Under the pieces are notes generated by a model. It did not search any database. It was not told the origin of the DNA and saw only the letters and a program-made list of their open reading frames with translations. A program made the translations under genes and the position numbers. A stretch of DNA of 64,000 nucleotides from Takakia lepidozioides (Eukaryota; Plantae; Bryophyta). Positions 12,311 to 25,436 of this stretch are shown piece after piece (within the stretch, counting starts at the first letter, position 1; every line of letters begins with the position of its first letter). The stretch is taken from the NCBI GenBank assembly GCA_030704615.1, contig CM060732.1, positions 25,358,001 to 25,422,000 on the forward strand. The letters are read 5' to 3'.

Positions 12311-13812
12311 CACGGGGGAGTCACTATATGTATTTTTTCCATATCACGTGCGTACAAAGGTATATTTATACTAGGCTATATTTTAAAAATTTCCACCCTA
12401 TCTTTACGTAATATTGAAAAACCCGTTGTTTCCTAATACCCTATTTTTCTTTATAATTTTTTTTGCGCCCCTGGTTGGCCTGCCGCGGACCCGGCCCGGG
12501 TGGGTCTGCCACCAGGTATGGTATGCCACGAGGTAGGGTCCGCAGGCCCTAACCCTAGGCGGCATTGGGGCTGACTGCGGCTGTTTTCTAGATTAAGAGA
12601 TAAAAAAAATGTTGGAGTCAGCAAGCAGCGGGTAGTGTGGTGGTTGGGTGCATTGAGTGATATTTACGGGGCTGTGGGTTCGACTCTGGCTGTGCCAAAT
12701 GTGCATTAATGATGGTTCTGTCGGCGCTGCATGTGTATTAATGACCCTCTTTTTGATGGGCAAGTTTTCCCGCAAAAAATTCGAAGCCTCGCGAGCGGGC
12801 TGCGGCGCGATGAGCAGACCATTCAGTTGAACCCAAGACCTATGACCCAACCCGACCCGACCTGCCAGTAGACCCAACCTGCGAGCAGACCCGGTATTAA
12901 TGACTCTCTTTTTGATGGGCGAGTTTTCCCGCAAAAAATTCGAAATCCCGCGGGCAGGCTGCGCGCGACGAGCAGACCATTTCAGTTGAACCCAAGACCT
13001 ACGACCCGACCCGACCCGACCCGCCAGTAGGCCCAACCTGCGAGCAGACCCGGACCCGCGGGTGGTTGCGGGGGTGCCCCACATCCATGCATGGGGTCCG
13101 ACTTCCTGGCGCACACGTGCGCCTTAAACTCCCAATTATTTCAAAAATGAGAGGCCAATTAATTAGACCCTATTTTAAATTATCTATTTAAATAATTATA
13201 AAATTTCAAAGCATGTACACAAACAACATTCCATACAATAGTCAAATGCCGGACCCAAAGAAAAGTTTAATTTTCATTAGCCACGAACTCATTCAAAGCC
13301 GCAACATCACTTGGATCTAAAAAATACAAGTTCTGAGATGGCTCAAATGTCATAGTCACTGTTGAGATTATGGTCTCAACATCAATCCACTCTGTATCAC
13401 TGGAATTATATTTGAACTTCAGGTGACCTCTACCTTTATAAAACCAATTCAAAAACACCATAATCGAAGGACCCCCAGATTTGGGTAAAACATGCTTATT
13501 CATCAAATAAGCCTGATGATTGAATGAAGTTTTGAGAAGATTTCATCCTGATGGATTAGAGTTGGATGAAATATGAGAAACTATTCACAAGGATGGATAC
13601 ATTATACTGTAGATAAAACCATTTATTACATTAATTTTTTAAGTAAAACTCTGGATTTTTTTTGACAATTTTTTTTTAAAAACTGGGTGAAAGGATATTG
13701 CCCTACCATATTTTCTAAGTAAAACATTTATAAAATTTACCTCAAACAAATAAACTACACCCTATATTTGTTCTCATGTGGTTTTGAAAATACGGGGAGT
13801 GACCCCCCCAAG
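12311..13812. mobile_element. Non-autonomous TIR DNA transposon, 1.5 kb, 8 bp TSD; superfamily uncertain
   Basis: TSD TATCAACC at 12303-12310 and 13813-13820; imperfect ~50 bp TIRs (CACGGGGGAGTCACT... / ...AGTGACCCCCCCAAG). Confidence 0.75.
12734..13052. repeat. ~159 bp tandem duplication inside the TIR element
   Basis: Two copies starting GTATTAATGA(C/C)(C/T)CTCTTTTTGATGGGC at ~12734 and ~12893, with GACCC microrepeats. Confidence 0.9.
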
Positions 13813-14059
13813 TATCAACCGCACATCTCTTTGTGTTTCATTTGTTTATTTTATTTTCCTCCAAATGTGAAGATGGCCAGTTTTGGTGAATGAGTGGGAG
13901 TGTTGGTTTTTGACGTTCATCCAAAACGACATGTCCTGTTCAACACGTGTCTTGTGTTTATGGAAGTCACCTAGTTCATTGTTTACCAAAGCTTCATTTG
14001 AGGAGCTTGAGTGATTGCAGTCTAGGGCTAGCCTCATAGAATATGGTGCAGTACCTTGT

Positions 14060-16980
14060 TGTTAATTTAAGTAGTGCATTATGCCACCTCATGCAAACCT
14101 CTTGGCTGATTGATAGTAGTTAGCATGTCAGGATTCCTATAACTAAGAGATGATAACGATGACACAGATTAATTAGGAGAGATATCAGGGAAGTTACGGT
14201 GACCCCTAGCAGTCACTCCTTGTATTTAATTGCTACTGCAACTAAAGTGTGCGTTCCTGTTACACAAACCAGTGTGCTTTTTCATGCAGTCTCTTCACAT
14301 TCTCTCTCTTTTACCCATTGCGTTACAGGTTATGGGCCCATACACACTCTTCATGTAATATGTGAAGTTTTGGCGTTACTACATGTTTGAACTTTTCTTT
14401 TTTTTTGGCCTCCTTTGCCTATCTACAGTGAAGACTCCGGTATTCTCCTCTATATCAAATTATATTTTCCTTGTATTTGAAATGGAACGATACACGAAGC
14501 AAAGGTAGAGAAGTTTGAGGCAAAAATTGTGGGTTGTGGAAGTTCAAAATAGAGATGTTGCTTCGTGATCGAGGTCTTTGGAGAGTTGTCCAAGGTGTAG
14601 AGAAATCTCATGAGAAACCTGAGGACTTGAGTAGAGACATTAATGCAACGGACAAAGCTTTTCTACAATGGGAGTAGAAAGATGAACGAGCAAGAACTAC
14701 CATTTGTTTGCACCTTCTTCACAAGCAGTTGATCATTGTAAATCAAAAGACGTTTGGAAGCTGTTTGTGAAGAACTATGAAGGCATGGGTGCAGCCAGTA
14801 GGCTTCTTCTTAAGAGAGAATTCTTAACTTACAAGGTGGACCCCAATGACACCATTGGTGACCACATTACGAAGATAAAAGGCGTGGGAGACGATTTGGC
14901 GGAAGCCCCGGTTGTTGAAGAAGACTTGACCTCTTGCTATCTTGCTGAGAGAAGTGAATTCAAGCTCCACATCAACACAAATTGCTGAACCAAGCGAAAT
15001 GCTCTTCATCGCAGTCACGGTCACAGAGAGCACAAGCGAGGACCAATAGATTCTTGATTCCGGAGCTTCTGAGCACATGAGTTGTCGCAAGGACTGGTTT
15101 ATGTCTTTGAAGCCTATTACAAGACTTCCAATTCACGGCATTGCTGGTGCACTCTCGGCAGATGCTCATGGGATAGTTTCAATTGGAGATGTCCCTTGAT
15201 GGCGGGAAGATAAGTACTGGGCACTTGAGAGATGTTTTGCACCTACCTAGTATGAATGCAAATCTCATCTCTGTGAGAAAGTTAGCAGCGGAAGGCGTTC
15301 GTGCAGAGTTTTTTTATACCTCTTTTAGGCTTTGGAAAGGAGTCAAACTTGTTGGGGAAGGATAATTGGATGGTAGACTATGTAAAGTTGTGCCTAATAT
15401 CCAAGCCAAATTCCAATGTGTCAACTACTGGTTTGACAAAGTTATGGCATGACAGGCTAGGTCATCTAGGCCTTTAAAACCTCAACTTAATGAAGAAAAT
15501 GGTGACGGATTTGGATTTGGACCAAAAGGTAGAGCTAGGATTTTGTGGCACAATATGTGTGGCAGACAAACTTCACAAACAACAAGTGAAGAGTGATGAA
15601 GAACGGAGAGACGCTCGAGACTTGCTTCTAGAGCTGATACATTATGATGTGTGCGGTCCAATGAGGACTGCTACACACACTGGTTATGTGTACTTCGTAA
15701 CCTTCACTGATGAGAAGTCTAGAAAATCATTCATATATGCTGGCATCATTGAGTATGCAGCAGTCTGTTGCCTTACATTGTTTTTCAACACGAAGAATCT
15801 GATCTGTATTTACTCTAAGTGTGTATGGATTACCACTGTCTCATTATTATCTTAGAACTTTTGTATAAGTCTGTCTGCATTTCTTCACACAAAGTGTTAG
15901 AAATAGGATTGAGAGGAGAATCTTCATTCACCAGAAAAGGTACATACTCGAAAGTTGAAGAAGTTCAACTTGAGTGATTGTCATACCGTTTCTACACCTT
16001 TCCATCCCGGGTTTCAACTCACTGTTACCGTGCAACCTAGTGACTGCAGCAGAAATGAACAGTATAATCAACGTCTCTTATCAAAGTACAGTTGGGAGTT
16101 TGATGTGGGCTATGGTGTTGACAAGGCTAGACCTTGCTTATCCAATAAGGGTGTTGAATCAATGCATGATCAACCCTGGACTTGCATATTGGACGGTAGT
16201 CGAGCATGTCTATAAATATCTACAAGGAACACTCGATTTCGGGATTGAGTTCACAGCGAGTAGCCGTGAGCTTGAAGTCCAAGGATAGATCCACCTCAAG
16301 ATATGTGTTTATGCTCGGAGGAGGCGCAATCAGTTGGAATAGCAGCAAGCAACGGACCATTGCTCTGTCAAGTACAGAAGCCGAGTACATTGTTGCGTGA
16401 AATGCTACCAAGCATGCACTTTGGCTACAAAGTTTTATGAACATCAGTGGTTTCCCACATACTATCCCAACTACGTTGTTGGCTGATAATCAGGGTTGCA
16501 CTCACTTGGCAAGGAACCCAGTTCACCAGTCATGTACCAAGCACATTGACATTATCATTTCATTCGCGAAAAGGTTGGCTCGGATATAAATTTAGTCTAC
16601 TGCCATACAACTAAACAGTTGCAGACATTCTTACCAAGGCTTTGGCAAAGGAGAAACATTTCACTTTCATGGGAATGATCGATTGCAAGAGGTTATCATA
16701 CTGAGTGGGAGTGTTAATTTAAGCAGTGCATTATGCCACCTCATGCAAACCTCTCGGCTAATAGATAGCAGTTAGCATGTCACGAGGATTCCTATAACTA
16801 GGAGATGGTAACAGTGACACAGATTAATTATGAGAGATATCAGGGAAGTTACGGTGACCCCTAGCGGTCACTCCTTGTATTTAATTGCTATTGTTTGCAA
16901 TTAAAGTGTGCATTCATGTTACACAAACCAGTGTGCCTTCTCATGCAGTCTCTTCACACTCTCTCTCTTTACCCGTTACA
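14060..16980 (+). mobile_element. Ty1/copia LTR retrotransposon, internally deleted and degenerate
   Basis: TG...CA LTRs 14060-14327 and 16712-16980; TSD CTTGT on both sides; PBS GGTTATGGGCCCA; PPT TGAGTGGGAG; protease remnant ILDSGASEHM, integrase start ELIHYDVCGPM, RT/RNase H remnant GAISWNSSKQRTIALSSTEAEY; integrase core and RT N-terminus are missing. Confidence 0.95.
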
Positions 16981-17445
16981 CTTGTATGCAAAGATGTGCT
17001 TTATGTACAGTGCAAATTTAATAAAGGAGTAAGTTACTGCATTAACTTACTTAAGACACATCAACACTGGCAACGGCAATGGCGGGAGCTAGAGTGTCGA
17101 GTTCATAACTATCTAGCCAGCTAGCTTACGTTATCCACTGAATTCAAATCTAGCCAACTAGCTTGCATTGTAGTCCACTGAATTCTAAAATCCTAATGAT
17201 AGTAGTTCCCCCTTGTGGAATGGATATAGTCTGGCTGAGTAGGCTTGCTTTGTACCTTCTCTATCCGTCATGTAAGGGAGTAGAAGGATAGGCTGCGTGT
17301 TTCCCAGCTTGCCTAAGCTGGTGTGTACATTTTGGCCTTTTGCAATACAAGCATTACTTGCAATTGAGATGATGGAGGGTGGGGAGGGGAAGGAGGGGCG
17401 GGGTGCAGAGAGAAAATGTTTTGGAAAAAAATGGCAGCTCCATGT

Positions 17446-17559
17446 GGGTGCAGCATCGGGACTTCCCGGGAGGTCACCCATCCCAATACTATTACGGAGG
17501 GCGCTTAACTTCAGAGTTCTGATGGGATATGCTCTAGTAGCCTTGGTATAACCGCACCA
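17446..17559 (-). rRNA. Dispersed 5S rRNA gene copy, probably a pseudogene
   Basis: Minus strand GGTGCGGTTATACCAAGGCTACTAG...GATGGGTGACCTCCCGGGAAGTCCCGATGCTGCACCC; a few-nt deletion after AAGCGCCCT; upstream TTATAAGTA (~17582-17590); T7 run ~14 nt downstream. Confidence 0.9.
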
Positions 17560-18564
17560 CAACATAAGTTTCCGCGCTTACTACTTATAACGGACCCTCC
17601 TGCTTTATTCAACTCCTCCCATTCCTTCTCTTCATTTGCTCCTTCCTATAATATTTGTTGGAGGGCCAAGACATGCCTCTTGCTATTTTATTCAAGCTCT
17701 TTGCCCTCGTTTGCTATTAACCCTCCGGAACCGGCCCCCCCAAATAATTATGTATATAGAGAGAGGTAGGTGGGTTGGGGGGTGGTTCTTTTATTCCTGG
17801 CCAACATGCCAAAGGCACAAACATAATCATGTAACTTATGGTACAAAACAAGGGGTTTTTAACCCCATACACATATGGTTGTGTTTTTGGGTAATGTGTG
17901 CAGTCTTGTGTTACAGATCAGTCTTTGGTACTAGTATTGTTTGCTTCAGCATGAGCGTTAGGAGAAAGCTGGTATTCCTTCATTTAACATGAAGAATTTG
18001 ATCCGTGTTTGCTCATTTGTGTACTACTTAGTAGAGGTTCATTGTTATCTCAGAATTCTTGTGTAAGCATGTTTGCATTTATCCACAAAACCACATTCAG
18101 ATATTTGCATGCTCGTTGACAATAAACAGACGCAGCATCTGCTTCGAGGACCAGTACTTACAGGCATCCCACTTAGTTCGCAATAGAAGTCCGCCATACG
18201 TGCTTTCATTTGTTGTTTGGCGTTGTCATCGCAGATGGTGGGGACTGTGAGACATTAATGCACCAGTTCCCCTCTTAAATCGCTAACGCTTAAAAGCAAA
18301 GTGGAAGGTCAGGACGTCGAAACACGACATATACGTCCTCGCCTAGTCTTGGATCTCTCTTCAAATGATAAGAAGGTTCGGCGACCCTATCTGGGCCTTG
18401 TACTCTTTCCTGAAAGCCTACTTGTAAATCGTGGACCAACCCAGTTCATTGGGCCTCCCGTGGAGGATTGCAGGTTCCTTTGTCTCTCAATTAACGTGCC
18501 TTCAAAGATGACCTGCTGGGAGTTCGCTGCTAGAAACTGGTCCTTCGAACTCGTACGTATGGAA

Positions 18565-19230
18565 TACCAAATGACCACTTCCATTTCCAATAAACGTTGC
18601 CTCATTTCCATCAAACTTTGCTTCAGTTCCAATCCACTTTGTTTCACTTCCATTCAACTTTGCTTCATTTCTAGTCAACTTTATCTCACTTCCAATAAAC
18701 AGTGCCTCTTTAATGGAGCACAATTTGATGAGATTAGGTTTAGTGATGCATGGATTTATGGTCTAATGGTGCACTTGGAAAGCCAAATGACCAATTTCCA
18801 ATAAACCTTCCCTCGTTTCCAATAAATTTCTCTCACTTCCAATAATCTTTGCCGCATTTCCAACAAATAGTGGCTCACTATGGAGCACAATTTAATGAGA
18901 CTTGGTTTAATGATGCATGATTTAATGGTCTAACGGCACACGTGGAAAGCCAAATGACCACTCTCACTTTTAATAAACTTTGCCTCACTTCCAATAAATT
19001 TGTCTTACTTCCAATTAACGGATGGTTTAGTGGAACATGATTAAGGTTGAACCGCGCTCTTAGAAGGCCAAACGTCCACTTCCAATACATATGTTTAACC
19101 AAAAAAATCCTTGTATTCTGTAAACAATCACACTAGTGGAACCGAAACATGAGTTACTGATGCATGATTTTTTGGTCAAACGGCACCCTTAGAAGGCCAA
19201 ATGCTCATTTCCAACACATCATGTCTCACT
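18565..19230. repeat. Compound repeat: 21 bp units within ~170-220 bp higher-order units
   Basis: CTCAYTTCCAATAAACTTTGC-like 21-mers (five in 18601-18705); CCAAATGACCA marks units at ~18567, 18783 and 18951. Confidence 0.75.
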
Positions 19231-19284
19231 AAACGATTCTTAATCCTTTAAAAATTCTGTGAAACGTGCTTTTGTTCAATAATT

Positions 19285-19830
19285 AGTCAAACTAGTGGAG
19301 CTGAGACATTCGTAGGTCCTCTAAAGCTCCTTTAAAAAAATTCGTTTGTTCAGTACACGGTCACACTAGTGAAGCTCAGACATTCCCAAATCCTCTAAAG
19401 ATTCTTTAAAAATATTCTTTCGTTCAGTACCAGTGGAGCTGAGATAATCCCAGATCCTCTAAAGATTCTTTTGTTCAGTACACACTCTCAATAGTGGAGC
19501 TGAGACATTCCCAGAGGATCCTCTAAAGATCCTTTAAAATATTCTTTTGTTCAATACACAATCATACTAGTGGAGCTGAGACATTCCCAGATCCTCTAAA
19601 GATTCTTTAAAAATAATCTTTTGTTCAGTACATAGTCAGACTAGCGGAGCTGAGACATTCACAATCACAGTAGTGGAGCTGAGACATTCCCAAATCCTCT
19701 AAAGATCCTTTAAAAAGATTCTTTTATTCAGTACACAGTCACAGTAGTGAAGACATTCCAGATCCATTAAAGATCTTTTAAAAAGATTCTTTGTTCAGTA
19801 CACAGTCACACTAGTGGAGCTGAGACAGTC
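19285..19830. repeat. Minisatellite, ~9 copies, mostly 60-76 bp
   Basis: CTAGTGGAGCTGAGACATTC...ATCCTCTAAAGATTCTTTAAAA...TTTGTTCAGTACACAGTCA; the between-core sequences are homologous to each other. Confidence 0.9.
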
Positions 19831-21653
19831 AGAAATGATCCAAAGAGTGGATATGGCCGGGCATCCAAGAGAAGAGGGAAGTTTCCGCAGAGTCATGGCA
19901 TTCAGGTCTCAAAGAGGCCCTGTAACGAGGCAGAAAGGAAAGAATGAGCGCAGAGCACTCGAGATTCAGAATCCAAGTTTTAGAGTCACATTGCGAAAGT
20001 CAGCTGTGGAGTGTCAGTTTTTTGTTGTGAGTTGCTCTTACTCCCGAGTTCCTCTTTTTGACTTTGTTTCTTTACAAGCAATGCTTGATGCTATGTGGGA
20101 GCACACACATATACACAGAACTGTCTCTTGTAAGTATACTGGCAAACATAGAGGTATTGTCTTGCCTGGGCCTGGGCGCCCCATGGACAGAAAATGGGGC
20201 AGGGGTAGGGCATGAAGGGTTTAGGGAGGGCAGAGAACAGAAATTAGGCGATCCCCATACAGAATTGGGACCCATCTTGTCCATTCATGTGAGTCAGCTG
20301 TCCTTAAAGAAGCATTTATTTGATCCAAACACTACAAAGATGTGTACCAAAGGCATGTCAGAATTTTGGGCACTACTAGAGACATGGACAGCCAGGAAAG
20401 GGAAAATGAGAGAAAATTCCTGGAGAGAAATTGTGTACTTTGCGTAACATGGAATTTTCTGTGACTTCCATTGCAGTCGATATCTGGTATTTGCAAATCC
20501 ATCGCTACCCGAAGGCTTGTGATGGTCTCTCTTGACGCACTTCTGGCCAATGTTGGACTGCCACCTGGGCTGGGCACTGCAAGAGCGGACGTACCTTGAG
20601 AGGTGGCTGGAAGAAATTTGCCTCCCATCACTGCCTGCCTGGAGGATGGGGATGTCTGGGTGTTTGAGCTCATCAACCCTAAAAAGCTGGCCTTCTTGGT
20701 TCATATTTTCCCAGTTGAAAACTGGAATACTACGATGGAAACTACCTGGCACTGACCCACTGAAGTACCCTGCTAAAACTGGGCTATAAACTTAGGTTGG
20801 ATGTTAGTTGCAGGTATTCCAGGGTTAATCTGCTCGGTCTCACATGAAGGCATGTGATTAATTGACACATTAATGAGAGATGGGTGGGTTGGCAGGGCAT
20901 TTGTTTGTCGAGATGCTGTTGGTCGTGGTGATTGCAGTCCGGCTGCTGCAAAAAATTTACCAACTTAAGAAGCGCCCTCTCACCAACCATGCTAGCTCTC
21001 TATCTCCCTCCTCTCTCGTGAAATCTTGATAAGGTAGGAGGCTATACCAGCAGTGCTGGAATCAACACCATACCTTGTAATATGATGTTACTGGTTGTCC
21101 TCAAATCAGCCTCAATTCCTTTTAAGTGGATTGCCATCAGCTGTATGTGGGCACCGGATGGCACTTTTACGTACCCCAGTTGCTATACTGCAGTCTGAGA
21201 TCCCCTACCGTGTTGGGTACATTTACATCCAGCTATGGATTGAAAAAACCTGAGCACGAGTTCACTCTCTTTGCGTAGTTCTTGTGGTGGCTAGTGACTG
21301 GTGCAGAAACAGCAAGCCACTGAAACCAGTGATTTAGTTTATCTCTTGAAACCTTGTTGGCATGTTATTGAAATGTAGACTTCACTTTGCCAATCCAAAT
21401 GCTCACCAAACTGCACCACTTCCCCTCAAGCAATCCCTGGCAGATGCTATGAAAGCCTATCAATGAAAATCCTGAGAGTCCACCCTCAAATGCCTTGTTT
21501 CTGTGCTATGATTTGTGCACATAAATTTCGTTTCTTTGTCGGGCCCATAATATGAGAGTCAGAAAATTTGAGATTAATGTCAGCAACAAATAGTACTTAG
21601 TGAATAGAGAAAGGATGTAGATGAACTGTGGGTGTTTCCTGACTTTGAAGCAG

Positions 21654-23589
21654 GGCTTGGAGGATGACACAGTGCCGTTACCTGTACTTAAGCTGGTTTC
21701 ACCGCAACTATGGCGTGCACTTTCTTCGGGATCGTCTCCAGGTACAGATTTTGTTTCCTTGCGCTGTTCCTTTCCTTTAGGGGTCTCTTAGCCAGAAGCA
21801 GAGCAAGTGGGCAACTGCCCGTGATTGATGGTTTATGGTATTTACATTCAGCAAATGGTACACTGTAATGTCAGGTTTACTTAGCAGGCAGAAGTGGGCA
21901 GTGCAATCCCCAAAGCCTTGGCTAAATATTGGTTGCTGTGATAGATGGAGTTGGTGCAACATCCCCAAATCTTGGTCCACTGGAAAAAGTTGCTGAAGAA
22001 GGAAGCTCAAGCATTCAGGAACACAGGTGCTGCTGCTAATCCACGTGAGAAGCTGGAAGTGCGATTTTTGCCATTGCTTTTGCAAGAATTCTTGGAGGTG
22101 AGCCCCTGTTTGATCAATTCCTTCTTGCTCAAAGCTTTGAAGAAAACCTTCCCTAACTAGAAAAGTATTATATCCGTACAGAAAGGAGGGAAATGGACTT
22201 GCATCATGCATAGAGATCCTACAGACCAATCAATTCTTTGAAAGTGAATTACATGCAATGTTATTGGTGTGTCTATCATGGAAGAGTCTTCCTTGGTATC
22301 AGGGACTGTGCTTGACAATGTTTCTATCAATCACTGAAGATCTTGGAGTCGATTGTTTCCTTCCCAACTGAGAAAGGAGAAGAGAATGAGACAGGCAATG
22401 TGGCAATGGCCGGCAGTATGAACGACAATGAACCATCAGTTGACATTGCATCGCTGCTCTACTGGAAAACTTTTCTCTGAATTTTTGATTGATCTTCTCA
22501 GTCAATTGCCGACTCGGAGGTAAGCGCAATCAGGACATTTTGCTTGTGGTTAGTTCTTATGGTGACCATTTAATGGGTTACTGCTGTAGGTTGTTGGGTG
22601 GAGTTTGAATCTAGAGTTGTGTTTCCTTAGACAGAAAATGCTCTAGGCATTTTAGTGACCCCTTGGTGGTGGTCTGCTTGTAGTGACAGTTGTTTTTAAC
22701 GGTTTGCTGTTAATGTCTGAGGGGTGGAGAATCAATCCTTAAATCTTCTGAGGGGGATAATAGAGAATGAGACATAGTGCAGGTTTACTCTTCTGCCTTA
22801 TTCTGTTTTATTCTCTCATATTATATGAACCCATTGTCGTATTGTCTCAACACTTGCAGATTTGTGACAGCCTTGGTGGAGGATGCAGCAATTGTAGTGA
22901 AGAGTCGAATTAGTGCTTTGTATCCGCACCTCCAGGGGCGACTTTTCAGGCAGTTAGTTGATTTGCTGCAGTTTTATCAAGGCTACGAAATCAACGACCA
23001 GACTGGAACTCAGTTCAGTGATGTGGATGTCCTACCCACTGTTCACGCCTTCAAGCGCTTTAGCGCCTTGTCTTTAAGGAAGTCCCAAAGGTCTGGACTA
23101 TTTCACTTTGGTAGTGGTTCTCAAATGAGAATCTTCATCATTGGCTCTCAAAATCAAAGGATTCCAAAACTTCAAGAGCTCTTTGAGCCCAACCTTCCCA
23201 CTCCTGGATATGTTGGTGTCCTCTCTGTTGCTGTCATTCTATAGTAATAGAGAGTACATAAAGAGTGCTGATGAACCATCTTAGAAAATACCTGTATTTT
23301 GACTATTAATATCCTCTTTACCCTGGATAGGTTGAGAATTTTTCCCGCCATCTTGGGAGGTTGGTCAAGTGGACATCTTGGGTGCCTCTAGTCGCTTATT
23401 AAGTGAGACTGGCTGTGAGCCTCCTCCTGTGGCAGTATTATCGAGGTTGAACACAAAAAATCTGACAGAAAACTGACCTGCAGTTACGGGAGCTAGCATT
23501 GGCAAATGTGAGCTCTATAGAAACAAGGAATGGTCTGAAAAAGCAGCTTTTAGCACTGGGAGGAATTTAAGGATCTAGTCTGCAACAAG
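21654..23589 (+). pseudogene. Aquarius (AQR/MAC7) spliceosomal helicase N-terminal exons; intron-retaining pseudogene fragment
   Basis: Exon-like blocks 21654-21741, 21945-22097, 22395-22519, 22860-~23090 and 23484-23589 give LEDDTV..., ..EFLIDLLSQLPTRR, GRLFRQLVDLLQFYQGYEINDQTG, LRELALANVSSI..KDLVCNK; frameshifts present; the rest of the gene was not found. Confidence 0.85.
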
Positions 23590-23604
23590 GTTTGTGCACA
23601 TGTA

Positions 23605-24140
23605 ATAGCATGCCACCCTCGTTTCATTAAACCAGAAGTTGGTGTCGCTCTGTGAGCATATTTGTCCATGTACCTTATGTAATAACTTGTCTGTCCCAGA
23701 AATCTCTTGAGTTTCTTGGGATTTTCTGGTGGTGGTATTTTCTGGATAACCTCCACTTTCTTTGGATCCACCAGAATTCCCTGTTGGCACACAATGGTCC
23801 CAACAATAATCCTGAATTCACACAAAATGTACATTTTTCCGGATTGAGACTTACTCCATTGTTTCTGCAGGCTTGTAGGCAAAGTTTTAACTGTGCCAAG
23901 TGTTTGGATTACTGTCAGACACTGAAATCATCCAAAAATACCTGCATAAAATCGTTGAGATAATTCTTGAATATCGCAGATACTGCTCGCTGAAACATGG
24001 CTGGTGCGTTGCAAAGTTCAAATGGCATGACTTTGTAAGCATAGGCTCCCCATTCAGTGATGAATGCAGTTGTACCCACTGAACCCATCCATAAAAGAGT
24101 ACATCTCATGTCCTGCCACTGTGTCCAATACTATTTTTGT
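23605..24140 (-). mobile_element. Old Ty3/gypsy reverse transcriptase remnant
   Basis: VLDTVAGHEMYSFMDGFSGYN, TAFITEWGAYAYKVMPF.LCNAPAMFQR, QVFLDDFSV, LKRFLGQTSYY across shifted frames. Confidence 0.9.
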
Positions 24141-24559
24141 AAAATTCTCGGATTGTGCATGGGCATGAGATCCACCAGCCATGACGAACAAGTTCAGGGA
24201 AGTTTTCTGCCTACCGTCATTTTCATCAGACAATTTCTTGGCAACAGACATGGCTGTGGACACTGCATCCTCTTGGTCAGATTTATCCAGCAGGGTGAAG
24301 ACTTGCCGACTTAGATTCAGATCCTTGAAAATCTCGTGACACAGATGCCAAGTTGAAGTAAACAACCCACACCCTGCCTTGAGTCACTCTCTTCAGACCA
24401 TGGCGTTGCTGGGTACCAAAGAGAAGGAAATATTGACACCTAGAATAACTTATTTCCCTTGGTTGAGAATAGAGATACGAGTCAGAAGATCACAGCCGGA
24501 TTTTCGAAATTTGGAGTGTAGAAACCCTCACTTTGGAGGATAGATCTATAGAAGTCAAA

Positions 24560-25140
24560 CCTGCCTGGATTGAAGTGTTCCACTCCAATGTCCTCATCCC
24601 ATATGAAGATGTCGTTGTACTGTGCCACAATGTCTGGGTCCAAAAACCGCTTTGCAAACCACCAGCCTCCATGCAGTGCAGATTCAATCTCCTATTAGGT
24701 TGGTGAATCCACAGATACATCTGATCTGTCTGTAACAAGCAAGATCATACTCACGACTTCGTTTACTGTAGCCTTCTGACCCGCGCCCAATTTGGACGGA
24801 AAACATAGGCAGAAAGAGACAGTGATCATTACCAAATGACGTGGTCTATGATCCACCATTGAGTGCCTGCAGGGCGACTGACCCTACCAGTTCAGGTTGT
24901 GGAGTTCAGCCCACCAGGCTACTTGAGAGAGAGAAAGAGAAACAAGCAAACAAATACTAAGACATTCCCAGTGGGCCCCCAAGGGGAGACAATAGTATAG
25001 CAATAAGGAAACCACATCAAATTTTGTTTGATGTAAGGCAACGATATGAATTGACTGATTGCTCCAAGGCAAATCATTCCACTCTTCAACAGTACCATCG
25101 TAGTGGAACAACATAATTGTGAAGTTACTGAGTGGAAATT
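24560..25140 (-). pseudogene. DUF707-family gene, two upstream exons in inverted orientation
   Basis: MLFHYDGTVEEWNDLPWSNQSIHIVALHQTK (~25114-25020) and WWFAKRFLDPDIVAQYNDIFIWDEDIGVEHFNPGR (~24665-24560). Confidence 0.85.
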
Positions 25141-25436
25141 GAACACGCCAACATATTCTGTCAGAACGCCCAACTAGCTAGGGTCCATAAGTGTTTGCAA
25201 ATACCTCTTTCACTATTAGGTCAATGGGTAACAGCATGTCTCTAGGTTTCCTGTACCAACGTAAATGAATGAAAAGTTAGTTAATTTTTGAATTTCACCT
25301 CCCACTGCCTAAAGCTTGAAGGGTAGGTAGGACCGCATTTCCCTTGATCTATGACTACTTGATTGTTCCAAGTAAATCAACCAAGAGAATGGGGCTTACC
25401 AATCCCCTTACTAATGCAATATATTGAGGTTGACAG

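Noticed and set aside
17185-17565. 126 aa and 84 aa ORFs
   Set aside because: Spurious translations across the 5S sequence.
19285-19830. CRISPR-like array
   Set aside because: The spacers are homologous to each other, no cas genes are present and the context is eukaryotic; it is a minisatellite.
20058-20790. Possible first Aquarius exons or another gene fragment
   Set aside because: Resemblance (HVSQLSLKKHLFDPNTT) is too weak to call.
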